DNA of 64,000 nucleotides from contig OZ024740.1 of NCBI GenBank assembly GCA_964016885.1, forward strand, positions 265,422,001 to 265,486,000, written 5' to 3'. The DNA comes from Eledone cirrhosa. Its lineage: Eukaryota. A model generated the notes under the pieces. It ran no database searches, was not told the DNA's origin, and worked only from the letters and a program-made list of their open reading frames with translations. Below are positions 27,107 through 39,190 of the stretch, in pieces. The stretch's first letter is position 1. Every line of letters begins with the position of its first letter. The translations under genes were made by a program, and so were the position numbers.

Positions 27107-29231
27107 TTAGCCATCGGGCTTTAACACTGGCTTAAAGTGTTTGAAGGATGCAAAGTTCTTGTGCATGCAGTTCGGGCAGTGTTCAGTAGCGGGCCCTTGG
27201 CGAATAAAATTTCGTAGCTCTCTGAAATACAAAGGTCGCAGCCCTTGTGTCCTCCGTTGTATGAGCGCGCCTTCTGGAGTATTTTCCATTTAAGCGTGAA
27301 GGGGGTGGAGTTCCTTTTGAGGTCCCAAACGTAGGAGGCGAGTGTTGTCTGATTTAATTTATCCGGTCTTCTGAAGGAGTGGGTATGGGCATACCAACGG
27401 GTCTTAAAATTGTTGGAGGTTATGCCGATGTAAGTTTTTTTGCAATCCTCGGTGCCTGAGATGACATCGCATTTGTATACGATGTCATTTGTGAGGTATT
27501 TGTTTTCAAGTGGGCATGCTTCCTTATTTAGGCAATTACATAGAGCCCCAGTCCGGGGATTGGTTTCGGAGGTGGTTGGCTTATTTAATTTAGAATTGTG
27601 GTTGGCTATATTCCTAGCTAGGTTAGGTGTGGTGGAGTAAGACAGTCTTATAGTGTTCTTATTAAAGATGGTGTAGTACCTATGTTGTATGGGGAAGTGT
27701 AATTTCAGTAAAGTGAAGAAAATCCTAGCTATCGGAGTAGATACCTCTCTATTGAAGGGAGGGTTATACCAGCTAATCTGCCTATGTCTATTCCTCCTCT
27801 GCAATCTTGCGGTGGTTTCTAGGTAAGTTATCTTATCTTTAAATCCGCTACGGGCGAGGGCGTCATTGTAGTAGGAGGCAGATGCATTAAAAATATCTTT
27901 GTTGGCGGAGAGGCCAGATATTCTAATAGAGACGCTTTTTACTAGGTTATCAGTGATGTTTTGGGGGTGGTTTGAATTAACATTAATATATTTAAGGGAC
28001 TCGTTAGGTTTGTGGTACGGGTAATAGAGGGAAGTATCTAGGTCGAGAGTGACATCTAAGAAGTTGGCCCTAGTCAAATTAGAATCTATAGTTATACTAA
28101 ATCCTAGATTAGAGAAGAAAGAGCTTAAGTTTTTCCGAAACCCATCGGTGGTTCTGGGGTTAACCTTATGCAGGGCGAAGAGGCCGTCGTCTCGGTATAA
28201 ACCTCCCGTTAGGCCGGTAAAGAGGTTCTTCAGGTTATGTAGGATGTCAGGCCCACAAGGTCGCTAATTTCAGCCGAGTCACTCGCCCCCATGCTAACGT
28301 CAAATGGGGTCTGAGATTTCTTGTTGATCCAGTAAGATCCATCGTGGTATAGAAAGGTCTTACGAGCGTGGAGGATAATAACTTGCTCAGCATCGGTAAT
28401 GGTGGTAAAATTCCTGGCAAAGTTAATTGCGTCCTTCAGGATGGGCTCCGAGATAGAGGCATAGTAGTTTTCTATGTCGAGTTGCAGGAAGCGAGTGTGG
28501 TGTTTATCGGGTAATTCTTGGAACCATGATATTGCCTCGGATGTTCTACTCCAGAGTGGAAGTGGTGAGGCTGCCCGCAATGATGGTAGAACTCTATCCA
28601 GGATCTTCTTACTGATAGAGCCGATGTCAGAACGAGTGGGGTTGATAAGTCTGACTGATGGTTTGTTGAGGAAATTTCCCTTATGGTCCTTCAGGGTAAA
28701 GTGCGGGGTCTTTACCCTTAAAGGTTCGGTTCGGTCATGTAATTTAAGGGACATGGCGATTTCTTTTCCGGCCGCGTTTGTCTCAGTCAGTGCCCTCTCT
28801 ATTACCTTTTTGTAGGTGGTCGTGATGGTATTTTTTGCCAGCTTATTGTAGGTCTGTGGGTCTACCTCATAAACGTTTTTGGTTTTATCGGAGGAGACAT
28901 AAAGATTAGGGGATTTTTTTATATTCCGTAATTCGGCATTTAAGTAGGCCTGGAATGGTGTGATGGCTCTACGGAATTTAATATCCTTGATCATCTTGAA
29001 GAGGTCTTCTTCAAATGGTTGGAGTAGGCTGTTGGTGGGTGGTGTCTTATTCGTTTTGAAGCCGAACTTCTCATCATTGGTAGATGCTACATCAGGGTTG
29101 TCGAGGAAGAAGGCCCTCCATTTAATTCGCTTGATGAACTCGTCGGTACGTCTGATGAGTGTTTTTAATAGTTTCCTTGGAGGGATAGCGATGTTCTTCA
29201 AGGAAATATCAAGGTCGAGTTTGGTCAGCAT
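27107..29231 (-). pseudogene. Near-full-length PLE ORF (RT plus GIY-YIG) with small frameshifting deletions near 28250 and 27183
   Basis: ATG at 29231; [73 protein letters not shown]. Confidence 0.9.
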
Positions 29232-29265
29232 GGTTTCTTGATGATGGTTATAAGGGGCACAAAGA

Positions 29266-30621
29266 GTGCTAAAATGTACGTTATTCCGGGTTGAATCGGA
29301 GGTAACCACAGTAATTACCGATGCTGAGCAAGTTATTATCCTCCATGCTCGTAAGACCTTTCTATACCACGATGGATCTTACTGGATCAACAAGAAATCT
29401 CAGACCCCATTTGACGTTAGCATGGGGGCGAGTGACTCGGCTGAAATTAGCGACCTTGTGGGCCTGTACATCCTACATAACCTGAAGAACCTCTTTACCG
29501 GCCTAACGGGAGGTTTATACCGAGACGACGGCCTCTTCGCCCTGCATAAGGTTAACCCCAGAACCACCGATGGGTTTCGGAAAAACTTAAGCTCTTTCTT
29601 CTCTAATCTAGGATTTAGTATAACTATAGATTCTAATTTGACTAGGGCCAACTTCTTAGATGTCACTCTCGACCTAGATACTTCCCTCTATTACCCGTAC
29701 CACAAACCTAACGAGTCCCTTAAATATATTAATGTTAATTCAAACCACCCCCAAAACATCACTGATAACCTAGTAAAAAGCGTCTCTATTAGAATATCTG
29801 GCCTCTCCGCCAACAAAGATATTTTTAATGCATCTGCCTCCTACTACAATGACGCCCTCGCCCGTAGCGGATTTAAAGATAAGATAACTTACCTAGAAAC
29901 CACCGCAAGATTGCAGAGGAGGAATAGACATAGGCAGATTAGCTGGTACAACCCTCCCTTCAATAGAGAGGTATCTACTCCGATAGCTAGGATTTTCTTC
30001 ATTTTACTGAAATTACACTTCCCCATACAACATAGGTACTACACCATCTTTAATAAGAACACTATAAGACTGTCTTACTCCACCACACCTAACCTAGCTA
30101 GGAATATAGCCAACCACAATTCTAAATTAAATAAGCCAACCACCTCCGAAACCAATCCCCGGACTGGAGCTCTATGTAATTGCCTAAATAAGGAAGCATG
30201 CCCACTTGAAAACAAATGCCTCACAAATGACATCGTATACAAATGCGATGTCATCTCAGGCACCGAGGATTGCAAAAAAACTTACATCGGCATGACCTCC
30301 AACAACTTTAAAACCCGTTGGTATGCCCATACCCACTCCTTCAGAAGACCGGATAAATCAAATCAGACAACACTCGCCTCCTACGTTTGGGACCTCAAAA
30401 GGAACTCCACCCTCTTCACGCTTAAATGGAAAATACTCCAGAAGGCGCGCTCTTACAACGGAGGACACAAGGGCTGCGACCTTTGTATTTCAGAGAGCTA
30501 CGAAATTTTATTCGCCAAGGGCCCGCTACTGAACAAACTCTCTGAACACTGCCCGAACTGCATGCACAAGAACTTTGCATCCTTCAAACACTTTAAGCCA
30601 GTGTTAAAGCCCGATGGCTAA
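29266..30621 (+). CDS. PLE RT (C-terminal half) plus GIY-YIG endonuclease, open reading frame; first 16 codons come from the inversion junction
   Basis: [70 protein letters not shown]. Confidence 0.88.
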   Translation: MLKCTLFRVESEVTTVITDAEQVIILHARKTFLYHDGSYWINKKSQTPFDVSMGASDSAEISDLVGLYILHNLKNLFTGLTGGLYRDDGLFALHKVNPRTTDGFRKNLSSFFSNLGFSITIDSNLTRANFLDVTLDLDTSLYYPYHKPNESLKYINVNSNHPQNITDNLVKSVSIRISGLSANKDIFNASASYYNDALARSGFKDKITYLETTARLQRRNRHRQISWYNPPFNREVSTPIARIFFILLKLHFPIQHRYYTIFNKNTIRLSYSTTPNLARNIANHNSKLNKPTTSETNPRTGALCNCLNKEACPLENKCLTNDIVYKCDVISGTEDCKKTYIGMTSNNFKTRWYAHTHSFRRPDKSNQTTLASYVWDLKRNSTLFTLKWKILQKARSYNGGHKGCDLCISESYEILFAKGPLLNKLSEHCPNCMHKNFASFKHFKPVLKPDG

Positions 30622-30834
30622 AAACGACCTCCCCCTATTGGCCCCTATACCTCCTCCCCACCCTACCCCCACCCCCCTCAACCTGAAATACGGCCACTAT
30701 GGTTATGTGAGTACCTCTTTCGTATCTACATTTTCTGCCTGTAGAGGTGTCTTTATGTGCCTGCGTATATGCGTATATTTATTGAGTACCTATTTATTTG
30801 TATGTGTATATATTTGTTTGTATGTGTATATGTA

Positions 30835-30871
<37 letters not shown>

Positions 30872-31061
30872 GTTTGTTTGTTTGTGTGTATATGTGTTTT
30901 ATGTGTGTATATTTATGTATGTATATGTATGTATATATATGTGTATATATATGTATATATATATATATATGTGTGTATATATGTGTATGTATGTATGTAT
31001 GTATGTGTATGTATGTATGTATGTTTATGTATATATGTGTATGTATATGTATGTGTATGTG

Positions 31062-31148
<87 letters not shown>

Positions 31149-31183
31149 ATGTGTGTATGTGTGTGCGTGTGTGTGTGTGTGTA

Positions 31184-31220
<37 letters not shown>

Positions 31221-31291
31221 GTGTGGGCAGGTGTGTATATATATATGTGTGTGTGTATTTGTATGTATATATATATATATATGTATATGTA

Positions 31292-31356
<65 letters not shown>

Positions 31357-31529
31357 GTATATATATATGTGTGTGTATATATGTGTATATATATATATAT
31401 GTGTATGTGTATGTGTGTATGTGTGTATATATGTATATATATATATATATATATGTGCGTGAGAGAGAGTGTGTATATATATTTGTGTGTGTGTGTGTGC
31501 GTGTATGTGTGTATGCGCGTGTGTGTATA

Positions 31530-31592
<63 letters not shown>

Positions 31593-31681
31593 GGGTGTAT
31601 ATACGCGTTATATGTCTGTATATATATGTGTATATTTATGTATAGGCCTGTGTATGTATGTGTATGTTTGTATATATATAT

Positions 31682-31730
<49 letters not shown>

Positions 31731-31820
31731 CATATGCATGTGTATGTGTGTGTGTGTGTGTGTATATATATATGTGTATATATGTGTGTGCGTGTATATA
31801 TATATATGTGTGTGTATGTG

Positions 31821-31891
<71 letters not shown>

Positions 31892-32113
31892 GTGTGTGTG
31901 TATGTGTATATATATGTGTGTGTGTATGTATGTGTATATGTGTATATATAATATGTATATGTGTGTGTTTATATGTGTGTATATATATATGTATATATAT
32001 GTGTATATATATATATGTATATATATGTATATATGTATATACATACGTGTATGTATGTGTATATACATATTTATATATATGTGTGTGTATATGTATGTTT
32101 GTATGTGTGTTTG

Positions 32114-32154
<41 letters not shown>

Positions 32155-32210
32155 GTGTGTATGTATGTATATGTGTGTATATTTTTTATATATATGTATA
32201 TATTTATGTG

Positions 32211-32259
<49 letters not shown>

Positions 32260-32301
32260 GTGTGTGTATATATATGTGTATATGTATATGTATATATGTG
32301 G

Positions 32302-32341
<40 letters not shown>

Positions 32342-32344
32342 GTA

Positions 32345-32384
<40 letters not shown>

Positions 32385-32418
32385 GTGCTTTTTCCTTATA
32401 TATGTGTATATGTGTGTA

Positions 32419-32469
<51 letters not shown>

Positions 32470-32536
32470 ATATATGTGTGTGTATGCGGTTTTTTTTATA
32501 TATATATATATGTGTGTGTGTATGTATATATGTATA

Positions 32537-32573
<37 letters not shown>

Positions 32574-32616
32574 ATACGTATGTGTGTGTATATATATGTG
32601 GATGTATGTATGTGTG

Positions 32617-32675
<59 letters not shown>

Positions 32676-32840
32676 ATATGTGTCCGTGTATATGTATGTA
32701 TATATGTCTATATGTATTTGTGTGTATATGTATACACATGTATATTTGTGTTTGTATGTAGGTGTGTGAGTGTATTTATATGTGTATATACGTGCGTGTG
32801 TGTGTATGTATGTGTATGTGTGTGTGTATGTGTATATATA

Positions 32841-32873
<33 letters not shown>

Positions 32874-32876
32874 GTA

Positions 32877-32966
<90 letters not shown>

Positions 32967-33571
32967 TATGTATGTATGTGTGTATGTATATGTATGTATA
33001 TGAATATATTTTATATATGTGTGTGTGTTTTTATGTGTGTATATGTGTTTGTGTGTGTGTTTATGGTTGCGCGTAAGTGTGTGAGTGAGTATGTTTTTTT
33101 GTTTTTTTGTTTTTTTGTGAATGTGTCTGTTGATTTTTGGCATATAGTTGATTAGTTTAAGAGAATTTCGAAGATAATAGTAAGATATGCACTCAGTATT
33201 TTGAATCTGTCTGCAGAATTCTCTAGACCTTTGTCATTTAGTAGAACCTTAATGATTTTAGCTGTTAAACAATCTCCCTTTTCTTTAATTCTATCGACCA
33301 TGACTGACCCCCCACTGATTTTATAGACATCTGTTAGCTTAAGAGAAACTTAATGACAAGGAACGGTATGCCATCCGGAACCTGTTTATAGAATTCTGTC
33401 TGCCCTTGTTACTCTAAAAACATAAATAAATAAAAATAAACTATAGCTTTGTAGAATTAGCTTTTAATGAATTCCCTTTTGTATCAACCAATGACCTGCA
33501 CCCATCCCACTCCCCACCCTCTCCTACCACTTGTAGAGACCTATAAATACCATTTTTATTTTTTGATACCC

Positions 33572-33622
33572 AGATTCCTGATGATTTCTAATGAATGAAA
33601 CAGTTCTAGTCCTGTAGAATCT
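33572..33622 (+). ncRNA. Intact type-I hammerhead in the PLE 3' pLTR
   Basis: AGATTC / CTGATGA (33578-33584) / TTTCtaatGAAT / GAAA / ACAG ttctagtc CTGT / GUA (33614-33616) / GAATCT; 6-bp stem I. Confidence 0.85.
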
Positions 33623-33707
33623 CATCTATATTAAAACCTTTATACTCTGCTATGTATTGAGTACCTTACTTACTGTGGTTACCTCCGATTCAACCCGGAA
33701 TAACGTA

Positions 33708-33738
<31 letters not shown>

Positions 33739-33937
33739 ATGTGTGTGGGTGTGTGTGTATGTGTGTGTGTGAGTTTGTATGTATCTATTTATGTATGTAT
33801 GTGTAAATAAAAATTGAATGAGAAGCTTTGACCATATTCTTTCACTATAGCCTAATAACAGTGCATATAAAAACCCTAAACGGAAAAAATTAGGCATCAG
33901 CACACCAGCTCAAATAATGTTCTTTCAAATCGTCTCC

Positions 33938-33971
<34 letters not shown>

Positions 33972-34089
33972 CTCCCCTCCCCCCTCTTTCTCTCTTTGCC
34001 AAAGCCTCATTTTATGTTCAGTGGGCCTTTGTGCGCTGCTATTAGACTTATTCACTTTTCAAATTATATATATGTGTGTATCTATGTAA

Positions 34090-34145
<56 letters not shown>

Positions 34146-34339
34146 ATGTGTGCGCGTGTGTGAGTGTGTGTGTGTGTTAATGTGTATACATATTATTTTA
34201 ATATACACACAAATAGATATTCATATATATAAATATATATACATCTATGTATATGTATACGTGTATATATTAAATATATATGCATACACATTAACACACG
34301 CACGCACGCACACACAAACACATGTACACACACACACAC

Positions 34340-34421
<82 letters not shown>

Positions 34422-34444
34422 GTGTGTGTGTGTGTACATGTGTT

Positions 34445-34555
<111 letters not shown>

Positions 34556-35656
34556 GTAATGGAATAAAAAAATATATTGATATGGATATAAAGATATATA
34601 GTATAGTTTGTGTATGTTAGATAAGGAAATGTGTGAGAACCTTAGGTATGTTATATAGGAAAGTGAAAGAATGCAATTTATCGCTTCCTATCATCAATAG
34701 CTATTTAAATGGACTGAATTGTTTTTTGATTATTTTTCTTCAGTGGAATTTTATACAAGAAAATTGAAGCCAGAATACTTTCTGAAACTATACATAATTT
34801 GGAAATTTCTTCTTTTTATCTCTTTTATATATATATATTGTTGGTGTTCTTTTTTCATTAAGAAAAAAAAATGTGTGAAAATATATGTAGAAAATGAGAT
34901 ATTTAGCATAAATATTTTGGCGAAAAAACTTCTTCGATGAAAAGAAATGTAAACTTAAATATTTTTTCAATATGTCCCTATCATCATTTAAGTTTTGGTA
35001 TTAGCATTTTTAAAGGCATTTTTTCTCCAATTTTCATTCATCTTTATTTTATTATTTTTCATCAATGTCAACATCTTTTTTTTCAATCTATAGTTGTTGC
35101 GGTTAAGTTACTTGTTAGTGAAATTCTAGAACTCTTTAATTTCCATTGTAACCATATCCGTTCATTGTATTTCACATAATTTCCCGTATGTCTGTAGTAT
35201 TCTTTCTAGTTTTCTTTCATAGATGGATGAAAAAATTGTCTTTGAGGAACTGTAAGGCGACAAAATACACGGCTATTTGTATTTAGATCCCGTTCTGGGA
35301 TCTGACGCCTATTCTAATCAGAGTTATCTTTCATTTTCATTTCTTTAGGGTTGAATATTATGCATAATTGTATCTCAAGCTAATATCTGATCCTCACTTA
35401 TCCCGCTGACAATATCTTTCCTGGATGTATGTTAACAATATACATGGAGGTATGTTAAAAATGTGTTTACTGGATGTATGTTAACAATATCTTTCCCGGA
35501 TGTATGTTATCAACATACGAGTTCATTTTCAGTTCACGAAGCTGGAGATTTACTAGTTGGAGCCAGCTCAACTCAGTTTAGGCAAACACAGACACATTTA
35601 TAAGTATATTTACAAATGCTAATCATGTAATACAGATTTCGATACATTGACCAATG

Positions 35657-35820
35657 GCGCAGAGGTACCTGTGTGTGGTTAATGACATCACTTCGCAACC
35701 ATGTGGTTTCAGGTTCAGTCTCACCATTTGCTACTTGTCCAAGTGTCTGCCACTATAGCTACGACTTCACCGACACCTCGTGAGTAAAATTTGGTTGATG
35801 AAACTGCGAAATCCCGTCTT
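35657..35820 (+). mobile_element. tRNA-derived SINE, octopus-type, degenerate
   Basis: GGCGCAG..TGTGTGGT..CAACCATGTGGTTTCAGGTTCAGTC..CAAGTGTCT..ACTATAGC..GTGAGT..ATTTGGT..GAAACTG..CCCGTC followed by a microsatellite tail. Confidence 0.7.
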
Positions 35821-35854
35821 ATATATATAAACACACACACACTCACACACACAC

Positions 35855-35883
<29 letters not shown>

Positions 35884-35886
<3 letters not shown>

Positions 35887-36338
35887 TAGAATTGGAGCTC
35901 TTAAATAGCAATATATATATGGATGTATATATAATGTATTTTGCAATACACTTTATGCTTAATTAAAAGCATTTTGAAGACCGTATGCTATTGTTTTAGA
36001 GTAGTGACAAATTCACTTACTTTAATCTCAGCAAACAGGGGAGATAAGCCGACAAGGCCTTGTTTCACTTTTGTTGAAGCTTATCAAGGCTAACTATCCC
36101 TCCTGTCTACTGAGATTACTGATGTTATATTCTTATAGAATTCTAGTAAATAATCAGGAACTGATTATACAGAGCGATTGTTGGTCAGGCAGAAATTAAA
36201 AATTAGAATTGGAGATCTGAAATAGGAATATATATGTGGATGTATATATAATGTATTTTGCAATACACTTTATGCTGTTTGCTTAGATTAAAGTAAGTGA
36301 ATTTGTCACTACTCTAAAACAATACCATACGGTCTTCA
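35884..36338. repeat. Rearranged pLTR-like cassette: direct repeat 35884-35960/36202-36276 and inverted repeat 35975-36037/36275-36338 around an HHR
   Basis: Direct reading of both repeat pairs. Confidence 0.75.
36034..36107 (-). ncRNA. Type-I hammerhead with UUGAUAA (U3-A8) core
   Basis: Minus strand ACAGGAGGGATAGTTAGCC-TTGATAA-GCTTcaacaaAAGT-GAAACAAGGCCTTGTC-GGCTTATCTCCCCTGT. Confidence 0.75.
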
Positions 36339-36660
36339 GTGTTATGTTTGCTGGGTGACTAGTGTGTGTTTATGTGCTTGTTGTTATTGTGCTTGTGTAT
36401 GTATTTATTTATCTTATTTTATTTACATATTTATACTTCTCTTAGGTCAGTGTTGTTTGTTTGGGTGTTGTTGTGTTGTTATTCCACTCATTCTTTCTAT
36501 TTAGCTTTGGTCTTCTAATTTCTATTTCACTGGCCTCTCTGATTTGCCTATCTGCTGGGTCATTTCTATGTTTAGATATTATTCTAATTTCTATGTTGTC
36601 TATGTTACCGTCATGTTGTTGTCTAGCATGTTCGTATAGTACTGACCCGTTTTTTCGTTT

Positions 36661-37209
36661 GTGGACGCCACCCCTGGAGGGAAATTAGCTAACCAGTGTA
36701 GAAAGGTCCTGAGAAAGACCCACTTAAAAATAAAGGTGGTAGAAAAGCCAGGAACCACCTTAAAATCCCTGATCAGCAAAACCTACCCTTTTAAGAAAAC
36801 CCACTGTACCAATAGGAAATGTATCATATGTAAGGTGAACCCCCGGATAAACTGTAAAACTAGAAACGTAGTCTATAGCATAAGATGTACAGAGGGTACT
36901 TGCAGAAACATGACAACAACATACATAGGTGAGACAGCTCGTAGCATAGGTGAAAGGATAGACCAACACTGGGGGGAACTAAAAGGACGAAAAAACGGGT
37001 CAGTACTATACGAACATGCTAGACAACAACATGACGGTAACATAGACAACATAGAAATTAGAATAATATCTAAACATAGAAATGACCCAGCAGATAGGCA
37101 AATCAGAGAGGCCAGTGAAATAGAAATTAGAAGACCAAAGCTAAATAGAAAGAATGAGTGGAATAACAACAACACCCAAACAAACAACACTGACCTAAGA
37201 GAAGTATAA
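36661..37209 (+). CDS. PLE GIY-YIG endonuclease domain (fragment)
   Basis: CTNRKCIIC..NCKTRNVVYSIRC..C..YIGETARSIGERIDQH..HARQQH..RQIREA..LNRKNEW. Confidence 0.85.
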   Translation: MDATPGGKLANQCRKVLRKTHLKIKVVEKPGTTLKSLISKTYPFKKTHCTNRKCIICKVNPRINCKTRNVVYSIRCTEGTCRNMTTTYIGETARSIGERIDQHWGELKGRKNGSVLYEHARQQHDGNIDNIEIRIISKHRNDPADRQIREASEIEIRRPKLNRKNEWNNNNTQTNNTDLREV

Positions 37210-37463
37210 ATAAGTAAATAAAATAAGATAAATAAATACATACACAAGCACAATAACAACAAGCACATAAACACACACTAGTCACCCAGCAAACATAACA
37301 CTATACACACTAGTCACACAGCAACCATAACACTATACACACACGCAAACGCATGCGCAAAGAAGGCAAAATAAAATAAACAAACAAGCAAATAAATAAA
37401 TAAATATATAGACAGACTGAATAAAAAATGGCGTAGACATACAACACAACAGGAGGAAAATAT

Positions 37464-37535
37464 AACACCACTGACGATGTTGCAGATGTGCAACGAAAGG
37501 TTTATGTAAATTATGTAAACTATATATATATGTGT
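37464..37535 (+). ncRNA. Hammerhead in the family-B pLTR; stems I and III are ambiguous; decayed copy at about 48018-48060
   Basis: CTGACGA 37471-37477; perfect GTTGCA-gatg-TGCAAC; GAAA 37495-37498. Confidence 0.55.
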
Positions 37536-37714
37536 TTGTGTCTATATTGTATCTGTATTATTTTTGACCGTCGGTCAGTCAATGGCAACATTGAGGACCG
37601 AGTAAGTTAGATTACAGATATAAAAGACAGCGCGAAGCGAAAACCAACCAAACAGTGAGTGTGTTCTGTTATTAATTCTGGCAATATTACACAAATATGA
37701 CCCTCCCCAAGTAT

Positions 37715-37801
<87 letters not shown>

Positions 37802-37883
37802 TACATATATATATATGCATACATATATATATATATATATACACTATATTACTAAGTGGAAACTATATTTATAAAACCATATT

Positions 37884-37949
37884 TATTTTATTATATACAT
37901 TTCAAGGGCAACCAAGGTAAATTATGGTGCGCTTTCTTCAGATAAAATA
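37884..37949 (-). ncRNA. Type-I hammerhead of the same family as 61821 and 62053
   Basis: Minus strand TATTTTAT-CTGAAGA-AAG.GCA.CCA..TGG.TGC.CTT-GAAA-TGTAT-ATA-ATAAAATA; perfect 8-bp stem I. Confidence 0.75.
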
Positions 37950-38159
37950 CAGATTTGTTTTATAAATAAATATTGACATACCCGGAAAAAAGACAACCTT
38001 AACGGTTGGAGCTTCCTGGATAGTGGAGATAATATTTTATTGAGGGTAATACAGAGTTATGAGTGAGTATGCAAATGAGTGTCCGAAAAGTTGAAAAGAT
38101 AACGGTTTATTTAAATTAAAATGTTGGAAGAGGATGATATGTGAGGGAGAGAGAAAAAA

Positions 38160-39190
38160 ATTATTTTTTTAGATGTAACTTTAAACCTTAATACTCCTCT
38201 TTATTATCCATTTCATAAAATCAATGAGAATTTAAACTATGTTAACTTTAATTCCAATCACCCCAGATCCGTTAAAAACACTATTGTAAATTCTGTGCAG
38301 CAACGTATTTCTAGAATTTCAGCGAATAAAAATATATTTGAAATTAAGGCACAATATTATAACGAAGCGTTAAGTAGAACAGGCTATAGTAATGAAATTA
38401 AATACATTTATAATAAGGATGTGCCAATTAACCATAACTATAAATATAATTATAATAGGAAACCTTGCACTAACTCGAAAATCAAAAGAAGAAATAGAAC
38501 TAGAAATATATTATGGTTCGCTCCCACTTTCTCATTAAGTATTAAAACTCCTATAGCTAAATTATTTTTTAAAGCTCTAGATAAGTGCTTTCCTAAGACA
38601 CACAGATATTACTCAATCTTTAATAGACATACTATTAAACTCTCATATTCCACCACTATGAATTTAGCACAGAATATTATTAGAATTAATAATAGAAACT
38701 TAAAACCTAACCAGAATAAGCAATATCCAATATAATGTTACGGCTCCTAATAATATAAATTTAGATAAATGTAATTGTAGAAATAAATCTAACTGTCTTT
38801 TAAATAATAACTGTTTAGTTAAAAATATAGTATACAATTGTAATGTCAAAACCAATGAAAATTCCTTTAACTATGTCGGCTCTACTTCCACAGACTTCAA
38901 ATCTTGTTTCAATAACCATAAATGTTACTTTACGAATATTGGCAAAAAATCTTCAACTTCTCTATCCAACTTATTATGGAACTTAAAATCCAAGTATATT
39001 AACTATTCTTTATTTTAGGAAATTATCTCCAAAGCTCCTTCATACACGGCTCTATCCAACAATTGCTGCCTTTGCGTTGAAGAAATATTCTTGATCCTAA
39101 AAAGTAGGAACTCTATTAATTTGCGAAATAATTTATTTAGTTCTTGTAAACATCGTTTAAACTAAACTTTTAAATATATATATATAAAAT
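38160..39190 (+). pseudogene. PLE (Hydra-clade-like) RT thumb plus GIY-YIG, disrupted; AT-rich 3' UTR continues to about 40200
   Basis: FLDVTLNL, SNHP, WFAPTF, IKLSYST, CNCRNKSNC, YVGSTS, CCLC. Confidence 0.85.

Larger units (their letters stand above)
25812..33705. mobile_element. Head-to-head composite of one young PLE: near-full-length minus copy (25812-29314) plus a 5'-truncated plus copy with complete 3' UTR and pLTR (29314-33705)
   Basis: 25812-28400 mirrors 29314-32370; the two translated copies are almost identical. Confidence 0.92.
36340..37720. mobile_element. PLE family B: inverted 3' fragment (36340-36658, minus) plus 5'-truncated copy (36659-37720, plus)
   Basis: Mirror ORFs 36461..36688 and 36873..37274; homologous to 44230-48310. 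Confidence 0.85.

Noticed and set aside
29266-29313. Genuine start of the 451-aa ORF
   Set aside because: These codons are the antisense of the other copy's leader. True homology begins at about 29314, so the ORF is 5'-truncated.
30614-33155. Long ORFs rich in YI/CV/TH (for example 785 aa at 30798..33155) and similar ORFs across the window
   Set aside because: They are translations of (TA)n/(TG)n microsatellites that happen to lack stop codons, with no domain content.
34700-35420. piggyBac transposase remnant (LFFDYFSSVE)
   Set aside because: Only one weak motif, with no supporting frame, TIRs or TTAA ends.
37560-37615. SECIS element or selenoprotein PLE
   Set aside because: No clean AUGA/GA quartet with an apical AA. 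The endonuclease is C-terminal rather than Naiad-type, and no conserved in-frame UGA was seen.
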